From positions 1-64,000 of the forward strand of contig RHPI01002907.1 of NCBI GenBank assembly GCA_009103225.1: a stretch of DNA of 64,000 bases, read 5' to 3'. The notes beneath the pieces are model-generated. The model saw nothing but the letters and a program-made list of their open reading frames with translations, was not told the DNA's origin and did no database searches. How positions within the stretch are numbered: the stretch's first letter is position 1; every line of letters begins with the position of its first letter. Positions 10,604 to 23,648 of the stretch are shown one piece after another. Source of the DNA: Chlorokybus atmophyticus (Eukaryota > Plantae > Mesostigma and Chlorokybus algae). The position numbers were made by a program, and so were the translations under genes.

Positions 10604-11074
10604 GAGAATTACACCGCCAAGAGCGTACGATAGCGAAGGATAAACAGTATGCTCTTGAGGGTGTTGAGCTGTACGGGTACGTGTAGCACGGACGATAACA
10701 CAGACTTTAACCACTCGCAAGGCCGCCTTCTGTGAAGCCGCTGCTCTGAAGGTTCGGCAACGAACTGCGGCTAGCTTTTTGATCTGGCAGTTGAATCATG
10801 CAAGGGGAATAAAATTGCTACTTGGAAGATTAGGGTTACCTACTTTCCTTCCGTGTTGGGGTTTCCGTTGGAAGCACGTTTTTGTTTCTTCTGCTTGGTT
10901 GCTACAGCAAAGCTAGGGTTTCAGTGGCTGCCCTGGTGCGGGTTTGCCAAGGGTGGTGCAGTGCGCGCTCCGGTGATTTGAATTTTGCTCTGTTGCGTTT
11001 TGGCGCCATCTGGCGGTGGCGCTGACGCTGGTGGTGGCGGTGGCGACGGCGGTGGCGGCAGCTAAGCCGCAAAA

Positions 11075-14000
11075 ATGGGGACGTTGGGGCATAGGGAGGA
11101 GAGCAGGGAGAACTATGAGGCGCGCATGCAGCTAGAGGCCCTAGAGCTGGAGGAGTTCCGGGCTCTGGAGCGCCGGCTGGGACTTGCTGTGCAGGGCATT
11201 GCTGACCAGCTGCCTGCTGCGGCGGCGGACTCTAACAAAGGGCCAAACAACTATAACCATGCTGACTTCCACTACCACATTGAAGACGACAATGCCAATG
11301 ATGAGGACACGCCTCCTTCCTTTCCTCAGCAAGATGCCCTCGCTGCCAGCCCGCCACCTCGCCGGGATTACCTGAGCAGCTTCAGGGACCCTCCTGCTGT
11401 TGCTGCTCCGCCTTCTCCACCTCCTCCTTTGGCGCATTCTTCTCCGGACCCTCCACAAGCAGGCAGCCCAAGTGCACGCGCAGCAGAGTTCCATGCCAGT
11501 GAAGCCGCTCACCAGGCCGCCTACTTGGAACCTCATGAGGCCCAAGCTCGACCTCGCTTTGACGATGAGGCCGCTTGGGGATCTCTTACGCAAGAACCAG
11601 TAGGTTATCCTTTGGAGTCTTCTATTGTTGACCAATGCATGCTGGTTATGAGAGTGTAAGCACTAATCGTTGTAACTCGCACATGCACAAATGTCAACAT
11701 TGCAGTCAACATCGTCTGATGTTAAGCTATGTAGGTCATTAACAGCAAGAAGCATCCGCGCCCACAAACAGTCAGCTTCAACATCTTTGGTCACTCCGAG
11801 CAACAGCAGCAGCAGCCAGCAACGTCAGCATCAATGCCAGTGCGAGTGCAGCATGCACACTATACAGTATCTTCTAATCAGGAACTCAAGCGGGCGGGCG
11901 CGGCAGCACTGAAGCAGCCGTCTAAGCTTGTTCAGGCATTGTTCGGAGAAGTGCCAGCAGGGCAAGCGCATGAACCCAGGTTGGTAGAGTAGATTTGTTT
12001 GTGCTGTATGCAAGACATTTTTTCCTCTTGCTGCTCTCATGCAAGTGGTGCAGGCAGGCTCAACAAGCAGCCGAGCTTGACAGTGCGCGTGCAAAGATTG
12101 CTGCAATGGAAGTGGAGATAGCGCATTTCAAGCGTGAAAATGGGCGTGTCACTGCCTTGCGTAAGGTTGTTTTTGGAGAGTTACTGCTGCTGGCATCAGT
12201 GTCCTCGTCCAGATGTAGGCTTGTGTCCAATATAATGACATGTGAGTGGTGTGTTGAACTGCGTATGCTACCAGGAAACGGAAGCAATGGCAGCTCACCT
12301 TGCAGCAGAGCTGCGTGAGTTTGAAAGGTACAAGGGCGAGGCACAAAATGCCTGGGAGGCCTCGAAACAGGAGCAGGTACAGAGTTGCAACTAGTTCAAG
12401 GGTGCTGTTGTGTCGCTCTCATCTCTGCATGCAAGAGGCCGGCAGGTGGTGAGCGCTCGGTATATGTCACACATGCTGCTACGGTATGTTTTATTATGCG
12501 TTGGTTGCAAGCTGAGACATGCATTACTTGCAAACGTGCGGCAGCTGCGTAAATTGGACAGAGACAGGCGTTTGCTTGACAAGCAAGCGCGCGAGTTGAT
12601 GAAGATTCCCAACAAGAAGGTTGTCTGTTTAGCATTGCCAATGTCACAGAAGCAAGCAATCATCATGTTGACAAGTCCGTTGCTTAAACTTCTTTTCATA
12701 CACAGGAGCGCTCGGAACTGGAGGCCATGTCGGCACTGCACGCCAAGGAGAAGGATGAAGCTCGCCAACGAGAGGCTCGGTTGAAAGCGACAGTAGAGCG
12801 CCTAAAGCGAGAAGTGAAAGACCTAACAGACCGCAACAAAAAGCTGCAGGAGACGGTATGACTCCAGACATTGATGATTGATTGTATATCAACACAGCCC
12901 ACTGACAGTCATGCCTTTTTGCAGCTAGAGCAGCAGGTTGCCAAACAGCTTCAGTTCAGTGGGACATCAAAGCAAGCAGGAGGTGGTGTATCAAATCAGT
13001 TGAAGTCCTCAACAGCAGGCGTATCACGTGGGGTTGCCTGGGAGATGGACCTGAATGCATTCAAGCCCGTCGTGTTGCGAGTGCCTCCACTCTCCTCCTC
13101 CATTGTTCAGTCCAGCCTGGGGTCACCAGTGGCTGCAAGCACCCGCGAGCAGCAGCAAGTGTCTCTCGCACGCAGCAGCACGAGCAGTGCCAGCAGCGCA
13201 GATCATGAACACCCCAGTCAGAAATTTTCAAACGGCACTGTTGCACCCTCTGATGCCAAAACAACGATGTGGAAGCCTGTGGACGTTGTGTCGGTGTCCA
13301 CGGCTCGCCACTCGCTCGCCATCCCGGATGTGCCTGTCACAGAACAGTACGCTGAAGTCCCCAGCACAGACTTCCATGGAATGGATTTTGCTCCGGAGGC
13401 GGCAGCCAATCCTGGCAGTCCAGATGTGGTGCATCCGGTTGGGGCTTCTGGGCTCGTTGAGGATGTGATTGACCACCACAATGATGGAGAGCAGGAAGAG
13501 AAGCCTGTGCAAGAGAACGAGTACCCGGTCAGTTTTCATCAATGTCAGCAGTTATTGCATGAACGCACGCTGATGAAGTATGCAATGCAGGATGGCAAGC
13601 AAGAGAAGCTGTACGCGGATGGACGAAAGCAAATTGTGTTTGCCAATGGCACGATCAAAGTGGTGCGTGACTGCCACTGCCACACCAACAATGCACCAGC
13701 ATACACTTTCTTACAACACATACAAGCACACCCTTGTGTGCTTGCATGTGTTCTGTTGATAGCGTGGTGCGCTAACAGCAGGTGCTTGCAGGTTCATAAG
13801 GATGGTAGTTCGGTGGTGCATTTCACCAATGGAGACATCAAGAAAAGCCACAATGACGCACGAATAGAGTACTACTACCAGGAGGTGAGTGCTCCTTGTG
13901 AAAAGCATAGCACTGCCCACATCCGCCGAACACATCTGTGCAGGCCAGCCGCAAGCGTGTTAGGTAGGTATGTGCTCAAGTTTTGTTTGGCGCAGGTGGA

Positions 14001-14600
14001 TACATGGCATACAATGCAACCGGATGGTGTGGAGGTTTTCAAGTTTCCTAGTGGCCAGGTAACAGTCCGGATCTAGCTTCACAACACACGCTTTTCGGTT
14101 GTGGCTTATTGCAAAGGCACCTGCTGCTGTCAAGCCCATCATACCTTGACATCACTCGCGTAGGTTGAAACACACTGGCCAGACGGCAGGAAAGAGATTG
14201 TCTTTCCAGGTATGGTGCTGTCATTGAGAATGAGTGTCACATTTGGTTAGCTTGCCTACATGCTAGGCCTACTTGACAAGTCCGAGTCAACGCGTGACTG
14301 GTAGGTCTATGCGTCCTTCTCATGGTCTCAACTGGTTTGTTGATGCGTGTTCTCCGATGCATTCGCAGACGGGACGACTCAACAGATGCCAGCCGATTGA
14401 CTGTAGGGAATCCCTCTCTTGACAGCATATTGCACATTGCTTGAAGGCGCATGTTGGTGATGGGTCCAATGGTTGAAGTTAACCAAGCCTTCCAGCCAGG
14501 ATGTGGCAATCAGCTGAGTGTTCTGGATGGGTCCACAGTGTCCTGTTTGGCTCTGGTTGCTGACACCATCTCTCAGAAGCTCCGTTCAACGCCGATGTAA
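11075..14600 (+). CDS. CENPJ: Centriolar protein SAS-4/CENPJ (CPAP), multi-exon; last exon (14500-14600) tentative
   Basis: N-terminal ELEALELEEFRALE, a central coiled coil, and C-terminal TCP10/G-box repeats ([60 protein letters not shown]). Confidence 0.88.
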
Positions 14601-15049
14601 TCTTCTGCGTGCGACTTGGTATGTTGTAGCTGTAACTCAGAATACTTTACAGCTTACCTATTATTGCACTAGCACCTATGTCAAGATGTCAGCGAGGGCG
14701 CAGTCAAGGCTCAGGCTCACAAGATTTCAGCCACTCCACTCCCCATACCACCCCTTCCAGCCAATACACACATGCACAAGCGTGTATGCACTTACTCCTC
14801 CTTCTCACATTCTTGTGGTGACCTTTCATGCACGCTTTCTCGTGCAGGAGGGGACTTGCTTGTTGAGCGATTTGGCGTTGTTCTGCTGCAGTGCAGGGCA
14901 TTTCATGTGTGAGAAATGCGCGCTGGCCTTGCGCGGCGAGCATGACGCACAAAAAGACAAGTGGTGTCGTTTATTCTCACGAGGTGGCGTCAGATGTCAT
15001 CAGCAGGCAAGTGCCAATCAGACTTATCAAAATTCGGTTGTGATCGACA

Positions 15050-15114
15050 TGGTTATTTGCCAAACACCCGATTGCTGCTCGACGAGCAGCAATCGCGTGT
15101 TTGGTAGATAACCA
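15050..15114 (+). other. Near-perfect 32-bp-arm inverted repeat (pre-miRNA-like hairpin)
   Basis: Arms 15050-15081 and 15083-15114 pair on the + strand with one C:C mismatch and two G:U wobbles. Confidence 0.85.
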
Positions 15115-15870
15115 GACAGTACTTGATAGCAGCCTTCCTCACCAAGCTTACACCTGGTAATTCCTGTGCAGCGGAGTTCACATAACAAGCACAGACCGGG
15201 AGTGAAGAAGCTGGCCAAGCAGAAGTAGGTTGTGTTTCTGATGTGCCTATTCCCCTCATGGACAGTCAGCAATCAACCAAGCCAACAGGTCGCTTGCTTC
15301 GTGTCATGGCTACTTGTTGCCACTGCTTTTCCTTGTTATTTGGCTGCTGCCTGTTGGTATTAGTGAAGTGCTGCTGGCAAGACCAATATCGATATATGTG
15401 CTAGGCTTGCGCATCACTGCATTGGCCCAGATGCACACCGACAACCGCAAATTGTGACTGATAAATTTTACTCACTGGCTGATGCACGAACTTGCCAACT
15501 CTGACCAACCGCTGCTGCCAGCATAGTATGCTTCCAGGGAGCACAGCAACACCACTGCGACCAGCGGTACTCCATTGCAGGTGTGATGACAATGTTGTGT
15601 AATGACAGTTCATAGCCCAACAGCTGTATACTGGGTTGGCAGCTACGCATGCTAGCATGGCGTATCACAACTACTCCATCAACTGCCGCTGCATAGTGTG
15701 GCAAGGCGACTGTGTGTGCTCCAAACACACACAGCCGGCTGACATTCGCAGTAGCGTCACATAGGTTGCAACATACCCGACATATTGTGCCAGTACAGTG
15801 TGAATCGTGCAGGCAAATCATTGGCACGACACACCAGTACAGTTTCAAGTGACCTTGGAAGTCAACTGAG

Positions 15871-18272
15871 TCAACTGTCTGTGCGCCTCCTTTTTCGCCT
15901 CTTCATTTCTACTTGCGTCTGCACAAGGTAATGCGACCACCCTGCTGAACTGGGCTCGGGCGGATCCACCCATGCAGATGGAATGCGACTGCGTGCCCAC
16001 TTACATCTCAGACCAACAATTGCATGAAAGAACAAACACGCATGCACGCGCCCCACACGCACGCCCACACACATGCATATATCAAGTACCTCCCGCCAGG
16101 CATGAGGAAGGAGTCCCACGCACGCCTGATCTGCAGAAATGGCAGCAGAGGTTAATTGAAGCACACACCATTGACAACAAGGCAGCCACGAACAGGTCGG
16201 CATCATCAAGGTCACACAACAACCCAGAACCTATACCTCGACTAGGGTAATGATGCTGACACCAGCGCCATAGTAGAACTGCTCCATCTCTCGCGTGAGC
16301 TCAGGTCGCCATGTTGGCTCGTTGTCAATCGCACAAAGCTGAATTTCTGCACGAGCAAATGGTTCTTTCTTCTCTTCAGCAACCTGTTCTTCAAGCGGCT
16401 CTGCTTGTGGGGGCGGTGTGTCTAGAGAGGCAGCGAGGAGTGCTTGTTGTTGGTGTGGTTGTTGTTGCGTCCCCGTCTTCGCATCTGCTCTGGTGGCAAC
16501 AGTAGGCAACTCGGCCTGACTCGCAAGTGCCTGCAGCTGAGTGTTGTCAAGAAACCATACAGATGATGTCACGCACGCACGCCCACGCACACATGCACGC
16601 ACGCAGACCCGTGCATGCAGGCACATGCTCGCGCATGCACACACAGGTTCATTTTCGCACCTCACTCTCGGCTCGTGCACTGGCTTCCACAGCCCGGAAG
16701 AAAGCGTCACCTTCATCGGCCAACCCGTGCGTGGGCCGACCCTCCCGCTTGAACCGAGCTGCACGCAGCGTGCAAAGCCCGCGCAAGCGTTCTGCCAACA
16801 CGATGGTCTCCATCTGCTCATTATACACATCCAACATGACGACGGTGAGCATGTAGCTACCACAAACACACACGCAAGGGCGCATTTGTGTTTCACACAT
16901 CAAAGCCTGACCTCTTTATTGCGCTCGCGCTGCTCCTCCCAAGCTTTCTCTTCTGCTTCCCAACGCAGCTGCTTACCCTGTTTGGCACAAAGTTGGTTTG
17001 AAATGTGCTGGTGCTTCAGTCGCTTGGACTGATTTACAAGCGACTCGAATGACATACAAGTACACGTACACGTTCTTGTGCGATGTCAAGTGCAATGCGA
17101 CGTGTCCGCCAGTCGTCCGCGGCTCCGTCCAACTCCTCAAACACCGCTGCTTGCTGTCAGACAGTGTGTGTGTGCGTGCGTGCATGCATGCAACAAGCAA
17201 ACAAACTGAAAAGTTTGTGCGGCTGTGCAAGCCAACAACCAACCTGTGCGTGTGTCTGCGCGAGCTGCTGTCGCGTACGCTTCCGCCTGCGTCTGTTGCG
17301 CAAAAGCTTGCCTTCCCTCACACGCACCACCTTGCAAGCCTCCAACACTTCGGCTGTTTGAACAGAACATGTACATGCATGGGCGTGTATGCATGCGCAC
17401 GCGTGCCCACGTGTGCGTGCGCGTGCCCGTGTGCGCGCTTTTGCGTGTGTGTGCCCGCATGTCTTATTTATACAGAATGGTCCATGTGTGCACCTGCACG
17501 TGCGCGTGTATGCATGATAATGACTTTAACCCATTTAGCTAGCATTACCTGGCAGTGCAGTGTTGCTCTTGCCGGAACCCAGCTGGATCCCGAACGGTGC
17601 CAGAAGCACTGTCAACCGGCTTCGCGATGGCATGGCGCAAGCAAACACGCCAGCCTCCTCTTCTCCTTGTGTGCTCTCACCCGCACATTCAAGCGACTCA
17701 ACTTCCTTCAATCTGGGTTTGAAGTAATCAACAAGCACATACGCACTCGTTTGAATCCTACAATTGCATCTCACTGGTAACAGCATACACGCATACAACA
17801 ACAAGACCTTCATGCGAGTTGACACTGTGTTTGATATGTCCCGTGTGCACTTGCATACTACTTGTAGAGCAATGCTTACACACATATGCTTGAGATCCTG
17901 GATGAGGCCAAGCGCCTCGGCCAGCTGCGCGCGCAGGACACGGCGCGTCCATTGAGGATGCGCAGGAGGAGAAGGAGTAGGAGGAGGAGCAGGAGAAGGA
18001 CGATGAGAAAGTGGAGAAGGGTAAGGAGGAGGAGGAGCGAGGAGAGGAGATGGGTAAGGAGGAGGTGGATGAAGAGATGGGTATGCTTGTGGGCGAGGGT
18101 GAAGGTGAGGTTGGGGTAAAGGTTGGGGGCGGGGCCAGGGTCCCTGTGGATACCAGCCAGGAGGAGGACGTGCTGGGTGATGAGCCGCGGGGGTGGGAGG
18201 CGGATGTCCTGGATTCCATGCCGGTGCGTACCACCCTAGAGGCGGCGGCGGCGGCGGAGGCCGCCACGCCAT
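15871..18272 (-). CDS. PDCD7: U11/U12 snRNP 59-kDa protein (PDCD7-like, minor spliceosome), multi-exon
   Basis: Pro-rich N-terminus, basic LRNRRRRKRTR, coiled coil. The spliced C-terminus FYYGAGVSIITLVEV/IRRAWDSFLMPGG/SRIPSAWVDPPEPSSAGWSHYL matches the recalled U11-59K signature (YY...LI.IR..WD.YL..GGSRIP..WV.P). Confidence 0.8.
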
Positions 18273-18353
18273 CGCCCAGCATGCCACCCACTGGCTGGCA
18301 GGCTGATGTTGGGGTCATGCACCGGAGTTGGGTCCCTTAATCAGGATCCGAAC

Positions 18354-18379
18354 ATGAGACCCTAAGCTTAGGGTCTCAT
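18354..18379. promoter_or_regulatory. Perfect 26-bp palindrome with inverted CCCTAA/TTAGGG motifs in a bidirectional promoter
   Basis: ATGAGACCCTAAGCTTAGGGTCTCAT lies between the divergent starts at 18272 (-) and 18826 (+). Confidence 0.6.
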
Positions 18380-18825
18380 CCTGAAATGGAGAATCCCGAT
18401 AGGGGCCGAATGCAGGAAACTGTGATTAGGACCCTGGCATCTCTGCTGATACTGGCGCCCACCTCAACGGCCTGGCGGTCGACACCGCCGCCAGCGAGCA
18501 GCTGGCTGACCTCATAACCAGGCGTCTCACACAAGGGGAACAGCTGTGCAACTAGCTCTTGCTTGCTGGTGTGTGTCAGTCAGGCTTGTTGATGATCCGT
18601 GCTGCTGTGCTGAGCAGAGCAGTCGGTTGAAGGCAGGATCACAAGACTGCTACACTGTTAGCTGTACACTGTTTATTGGTTTCCGCGGAGCTGTGCGGAG
18701 AGTGATTGTTGCATGCATAGTCCCTACTCCTTGACGCTTTTATACTCTGACCAGTCGGTGACATCATCACCATCATCATCAAAACACCAGTGAGTAGTAT
18801 CAGCGTTAGTAGCAAGAGTGCGATC

Positions 18826-20743
18826 ATGTTGGCGAAGTTGGGTCGCCAGTACTCTTCCAAGCCTCTCCGCGCTGTGTTCTTCGACCTCGACGACACACTC
18901 GTAGACACATCAACATGCGACAAGGTGCGTGATTAAGAAGAGTAACAACAACAACATCAACAGCCAGAACCATGACTACAGTAGCAGCAAGAAGAAAAAC
19001 ATGGACAATTACAGAATCATTAACCAATCATTGAAAAACAACAATCAATCAAGAACGCAACAGCAGCACTAATACTGCCACTGCTAGCATAAGCAACGTT
19101 GAACAACAACATCAACAACACACGGAAAAATCAAAAGAGGAGCAACGATAACAACAGCAGCGACACACAGCAGCAACACCATCACCATCACCATCACCAT
19201 CATCAACAGGTGGCGCACGCGGCAGTGGTGAAGTTGGCGGCAGGCGGGGTGGACGGCACGAAGCTGGTGGCGGCCTTTGCTGAAAGCCTCAGAAGGGCGC
19301 CTTGGGACCCACACCACAAGGCAAGTGAAGAGTGATACACAGGGCGAGAGATGAGCTTGGGATTGGGCGTGACTGGTTGTTGAAGACGAGTCAGTGAATC
19401 AGCACGCTTGGATGCATGCATCCTGAGATAACTGTGTAAAGGATACCTGCTTGACTGAAGGACTTAGTAAGGCTGATGCAATTCTGCTTGTAGGTTCATG
19501 TGACGGAGTGGCGGGCACAGTTGTGGTTGGCAGCGCTTCGGGAACAGGGGGTTGACGACGCAAAGCTCGCTGCGGTAAGAGAGTTGATTATCTTATGTAC
19601 AACAAGATTGTACAGCATGCTGCCACTACTTTGCTTTCGGTTTTGTGTGTCCGTATCCGGGGAATAGAGAGTTGACAATGCAGAACACCACAACAGGAGC
19701 TGCAGAGCTGCTTTGATGCTGCGCGCATGGGCGCTTTCAGATGGAACCCTGGCGTGGAAGAGGTGGGTACCGTGCATCGACACAACACATACGCGCCGCT
19801 TTCAGCTCATGTCTGTGCGTGTGCGGGTATACTGCATGCCAAGTGTGTGATGTCAGGCGTGCTGTCGTTGGTGGATGGCAACATTCGCATGTTGGGTGCA
19901 TGATGACGCTATTGCAAGCAGCACAATGATTGCTGTTATCGTGCTGCAGATGGTGGCCACGTTGAAGAGGAAGCACGTAGCTGTGGGCATCATTACCAAC
20001 GGCCATGCATTGGTATGATTATCAAGGCAAGGCTTGTGTGATCTCGGACACACTTTCTCTTGATGATGACTGGAGTGGGTGTGATTGTCTACTGCAGGTT
20101 CAGCGTGCAAAGGTTGAGGCGTGCCGAGCATCAGACCTGTTTGATATCATCATCATTGGCGGAGGTATGTTTATCATGTGAGATGATCGTGCACTGTTGT
20201 TTTGTTGCTCAATCGCGTGTGCTCACACAACAGATGAGCCGCATGAGAAGCCCCACCCGTCCATCTTCATGAAGGCGTGTGAGCTGGCCAACTGCGACAT
20301 GGATGACGCGGTGATGGTCGGCGACAACCTGCACACCGATGTTGAGGTGGGTGTACTGTTTTCTACCGAGCATGCAGTTATGTAGTGGTTGGTGTCACAC
20401 AGAGCTGGGATAAGTACCTTCCCTGTAGTGTTAATACAACCAATGCGGTGTAAAACAAACCCAACAATATAATAGCGTCGACAATCCAACAACGTTCTTC
20501 GACAGGAAGTCACAAATCGTGTCATGTTAGCCTGTGTACTGATTATGTGGTGCTTTATGTGTTCAGGGTGGGATTCAGTCAGGGATGCGTGCTACCGTGT
20601 GGGTAGACTACCACAACCTTGGTCATGTCCCATTGGGTGCGCCCAGACCGGATTATGTCATATCAAGAATCGGGGAGTTGCTTCCGGTACTTGAAGAAAT
20701 AGAGGCCAAAGGCTACTCCCCTCATTTGACTAACATTGTTTAG
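18826..20743 (+). CDS. HAD-superfamily hydrolase (NANP/HDHD4-like phosphatase), multi-exon, with one GC-AG intron (donor 19321)
   Basis: Motif I FFDLDDTL, motif II IITNG, motif III EKPHPSIF, motif IV MVGDNLHTDVEGG. Confidence 0.9.
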
Positions 20744-21005
20744 TGGCAATTGTTTGCTGATGGGCGTTGATCCATTCACTACTCATGCGACAAAGATGCC
20801 TCGTGTGTCATGACACCATTGCATATAATAACACATGACACAAAAGATAACCAAAGCAGGCTTTGAGAGTCACATATATGGAACAGTGCTTTGGCCTCAA
20901 TGTTACTAATCAACGCTAGGGTTGGAACTGAAGGCGTATACAACACATCTAGACAGTATCAACGTTTGACAGACTCTACGATACAAAACTGGGACAAACA
21001 GTGCT

Positions 21006-23107
21006 CTAAAGGGACCCAGGGTAGTTACCAATCGCGAGCGCAGTAGTCAATAGCCCAAACACCAAAAACGGCTGCGCGCTTGCCTGTCACATGCGCGTAC
21101 GTGTAAATGTTAACGGCAAGTTGCAAGCAACATTACCCAAACCAGCAACGCAAGGCACACTCACCTGGTACTTGACGTCATACTTGATTGGGTCCTTGAG
21201 CAACCATAGGAACTGCATGCCGCTCGAAGTCAGCAACGAGTTCAGTGCATAACCAGATGGCATATAAAGTTTGAGGTAACATACTTGGAAGATAATCTGC
21301 GGTGTAATAAGTCCAAGCAACACGAGCGCGTAAGTAGTCTGACCGATAGCATACAGGTACGCTGCATCAACCAGCAGTTGTTAGCAAGAAAAGGGTGCAT
21401 GCGAGTACACGTGAACTGGAAGCGAAACATGTGAGACACGTATGTTACCTGCCACCGACAACTGCGTGACATCAATGGTTGCCGCGCAGATGTACTTTGC
21501 GGTGTCCACGCCAAACGCAACAGGAAGGGAGTTCAAGCCCATCTGCCTGTCGCCCTCAATGCTCTTGAAGTCGTTCACGATGGCAATGCCAAGCCCCGCG
21601 ATGGAGTACAACAGCGTCAACACAACTACGCTAGGCGACAGCGTGCCAAACATAAGCTGCCCACACCACCTGCCAAACGCACACAATGTTGCCATCAAGC
21701 ATGAACATCAACCACAAGCCACAGAGAGCTGTTGGCTGTTATCCCAACGCACCATGGGAGGGAGATGTAGGATGACCCGAGAGCGTAGTTGCCAATCCAT
21801 CCTGACTGCTTGAGCTTGAGCGGAGGTGCGCTGTAGATGTATGAGATGAAGCTGCCAAATACGGAGAGCAGGAAGATTTCTGGGATCTCATGGCCCGCCC
21901 ACTTGTCCAGCAGGTAAGACAGCCCCAGACCAGCCAGAAGCAGCACCCAGATCTGAGCAATGACCTGACCGGGTTTGATCGCGCCTGAGGGGATCGGCCG
22001 GTACGGTTCGTTGATGGCATCAATGTCCCTATCATACCTGTTCGCGTCACACAAATTACTCAGCAACACTCTTGCAGCTTGAATCAGGGAGGTTTGCAAT
22101 GGGCAAATGGCGACAAGTGCTGTGTGTCCATGTTGCTTGGCAATGTGTGTATGTGTATTGTGCCAACATTCACACGATGTGCAGATGTTTGTATCATGCT
22201 TGTGTCACGCACCAGTCGTTAATGGTCTGCGTGAAGCCCGTGAGCAGCGGTCCAGCGAGGACCATGCAGGTGAGGGACTTGGCGACGTCCTCAGGTGTCC
22301 AGTGGAAATTGCCCGAGGCCGCTGCTCCGCAGAGGACTCCCCAGATCAGCGGGACCCACGTCACGGGCTTGGTCAGCTGCAGGCGGATCTTCCAGATGTC
22401 TGTTGTGCCCTCCGCACCCTTCATGCCAAGCAGCTGCGCCGCTTTGCTGCTCACCACGCGCGCCTGAGGTCATGGCATTGTGATGATGGCAAAAAGCACA
22501 ATGCAGCAAAAGAGCACAAATCCAACCCACATAGTACGCTTGGTTGCTGATGAACACTGCCTAGCCAGCGTATTGGCTCTTTTAAAACGGGTGATTGCAT
22601 TGCGTGACAGTGCAACCTAGTGCCAATGGAGCACTAATAGGCAGTGGGTTGCACGGTTGAACAATGGCAGACGGTGCGCGCGACACTCTGCAAAGTTTTC
22701 AAGTGCGGCGGTGGAATACGTTGCACTTATGTACAAGAATGGCATGCATGTCTGTAATGACAGCTTTCAGTGTGTTTTCTTCGGCAATGCAGCATGCAAG
22801 GCCTGTTACATTGCGTGTGCTGCTGCTGACATGCCCGACCGGCGCATTGTACCTTATCAGCGGGAGCGACGTCGGGAGAGGTGACGGTATCAATAATCTC
22901 CTTCTCGGCATCTCCAGCGCGCGCCCTCGTGAGCACATGGGCAGGCAGGCGGCGGCGGCGAGACGAACCCAGAGCTGCTGCATGCTGCTGCCGTTGCCGC
23001 CTTCCATCGTCGCTGTGCAGTAACCTCAGCGGCAGCGTCGAGGCGCCCACTCTGCTTGTAGACAGTAACGACAGAGACATGCTGCACGACGCCGCCGACA
23101 CCGCCAT
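21006..23107 (-). CDS. CHLG: Chlorophyll synthase with plastid transit peptide, multi-exon
   Basis: WKIRLQLTKPVTW, QTINDWYDRDIDAINEPYRPIPSG, YSAPPLKLKQSGW, IVNDFKSIEGD, and an Ala/Ser/Arg-rich N-terminus. Confidence 0.97.
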
Positions 23108-23648
23108 GGCCGCCAATGACGACAGCAACAATGCCGCTTACGAGCTAAAGCTGTAGCCTAGCCTAGTCTTCAACTCGTACTCACAGTCTAACCCTAATGT
23201 GCAGCTGACGCGCGCTGCGCAGAGCCTGCGGAATCGACACAGGGGCAACCACCAGTTGCAACACGAGACTTGCAGTTTTGGCGGCGGCAGCGAAGCGGAG
23301 GCGGCGGTTTCTCTGGAGGTGTCGGCGGTGTTGGCGGTCTTGTTTGCGGTGTCGGTGGTGCGTCTCGCTGGGCGTGGTTGCAATCAAGACGATATATAAA
23401 ACTGGTGGTTACCACTCTTGTTGCTGCAGTGCGGCAAAATTCTGCGTGTTGGAGTTGCCCATGCGGCCATACAGGGCGGGAAAAGCAGGGTGGGTGTAGG
23501 TTGATAGAGCAGAGAACGATAGGGCGAGTCGCGTGCAGAGTACAACGTTGATCATCGTATGTCTGCCTTTAGATTGAGGCTGATATCCTGTGAAGCTTAG
23601 TTTCCAGATTTACCCCAGCAGCAAAACCAAGAAAGCGACCCCGCAGGC

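Noticed and set aside
14237-14509. SAM-domain-like minus-strand ORF
   Set aside because: The resemblance is weak, there is no splice or context support, and it overlaps the probable last CENPJ intron.
14850-15000. RING-like CSAGHFMCEKC segment
   Set aside because: Only a partial Cys/His pattern, with no supporting gene model.
17886-18340. Plus-strand Glu/Arg-rich ORFs
   Set aside because: They are antisense shadows of the Pro-rich first exon of U11-59K.
19099-19209. Poly-Asn/His/Gln N-terminal ORF
   Set aside because: It lies in HAD intron 1 (CAA/CAT-rich) and ends at the CAG acceptor before VAHAA.
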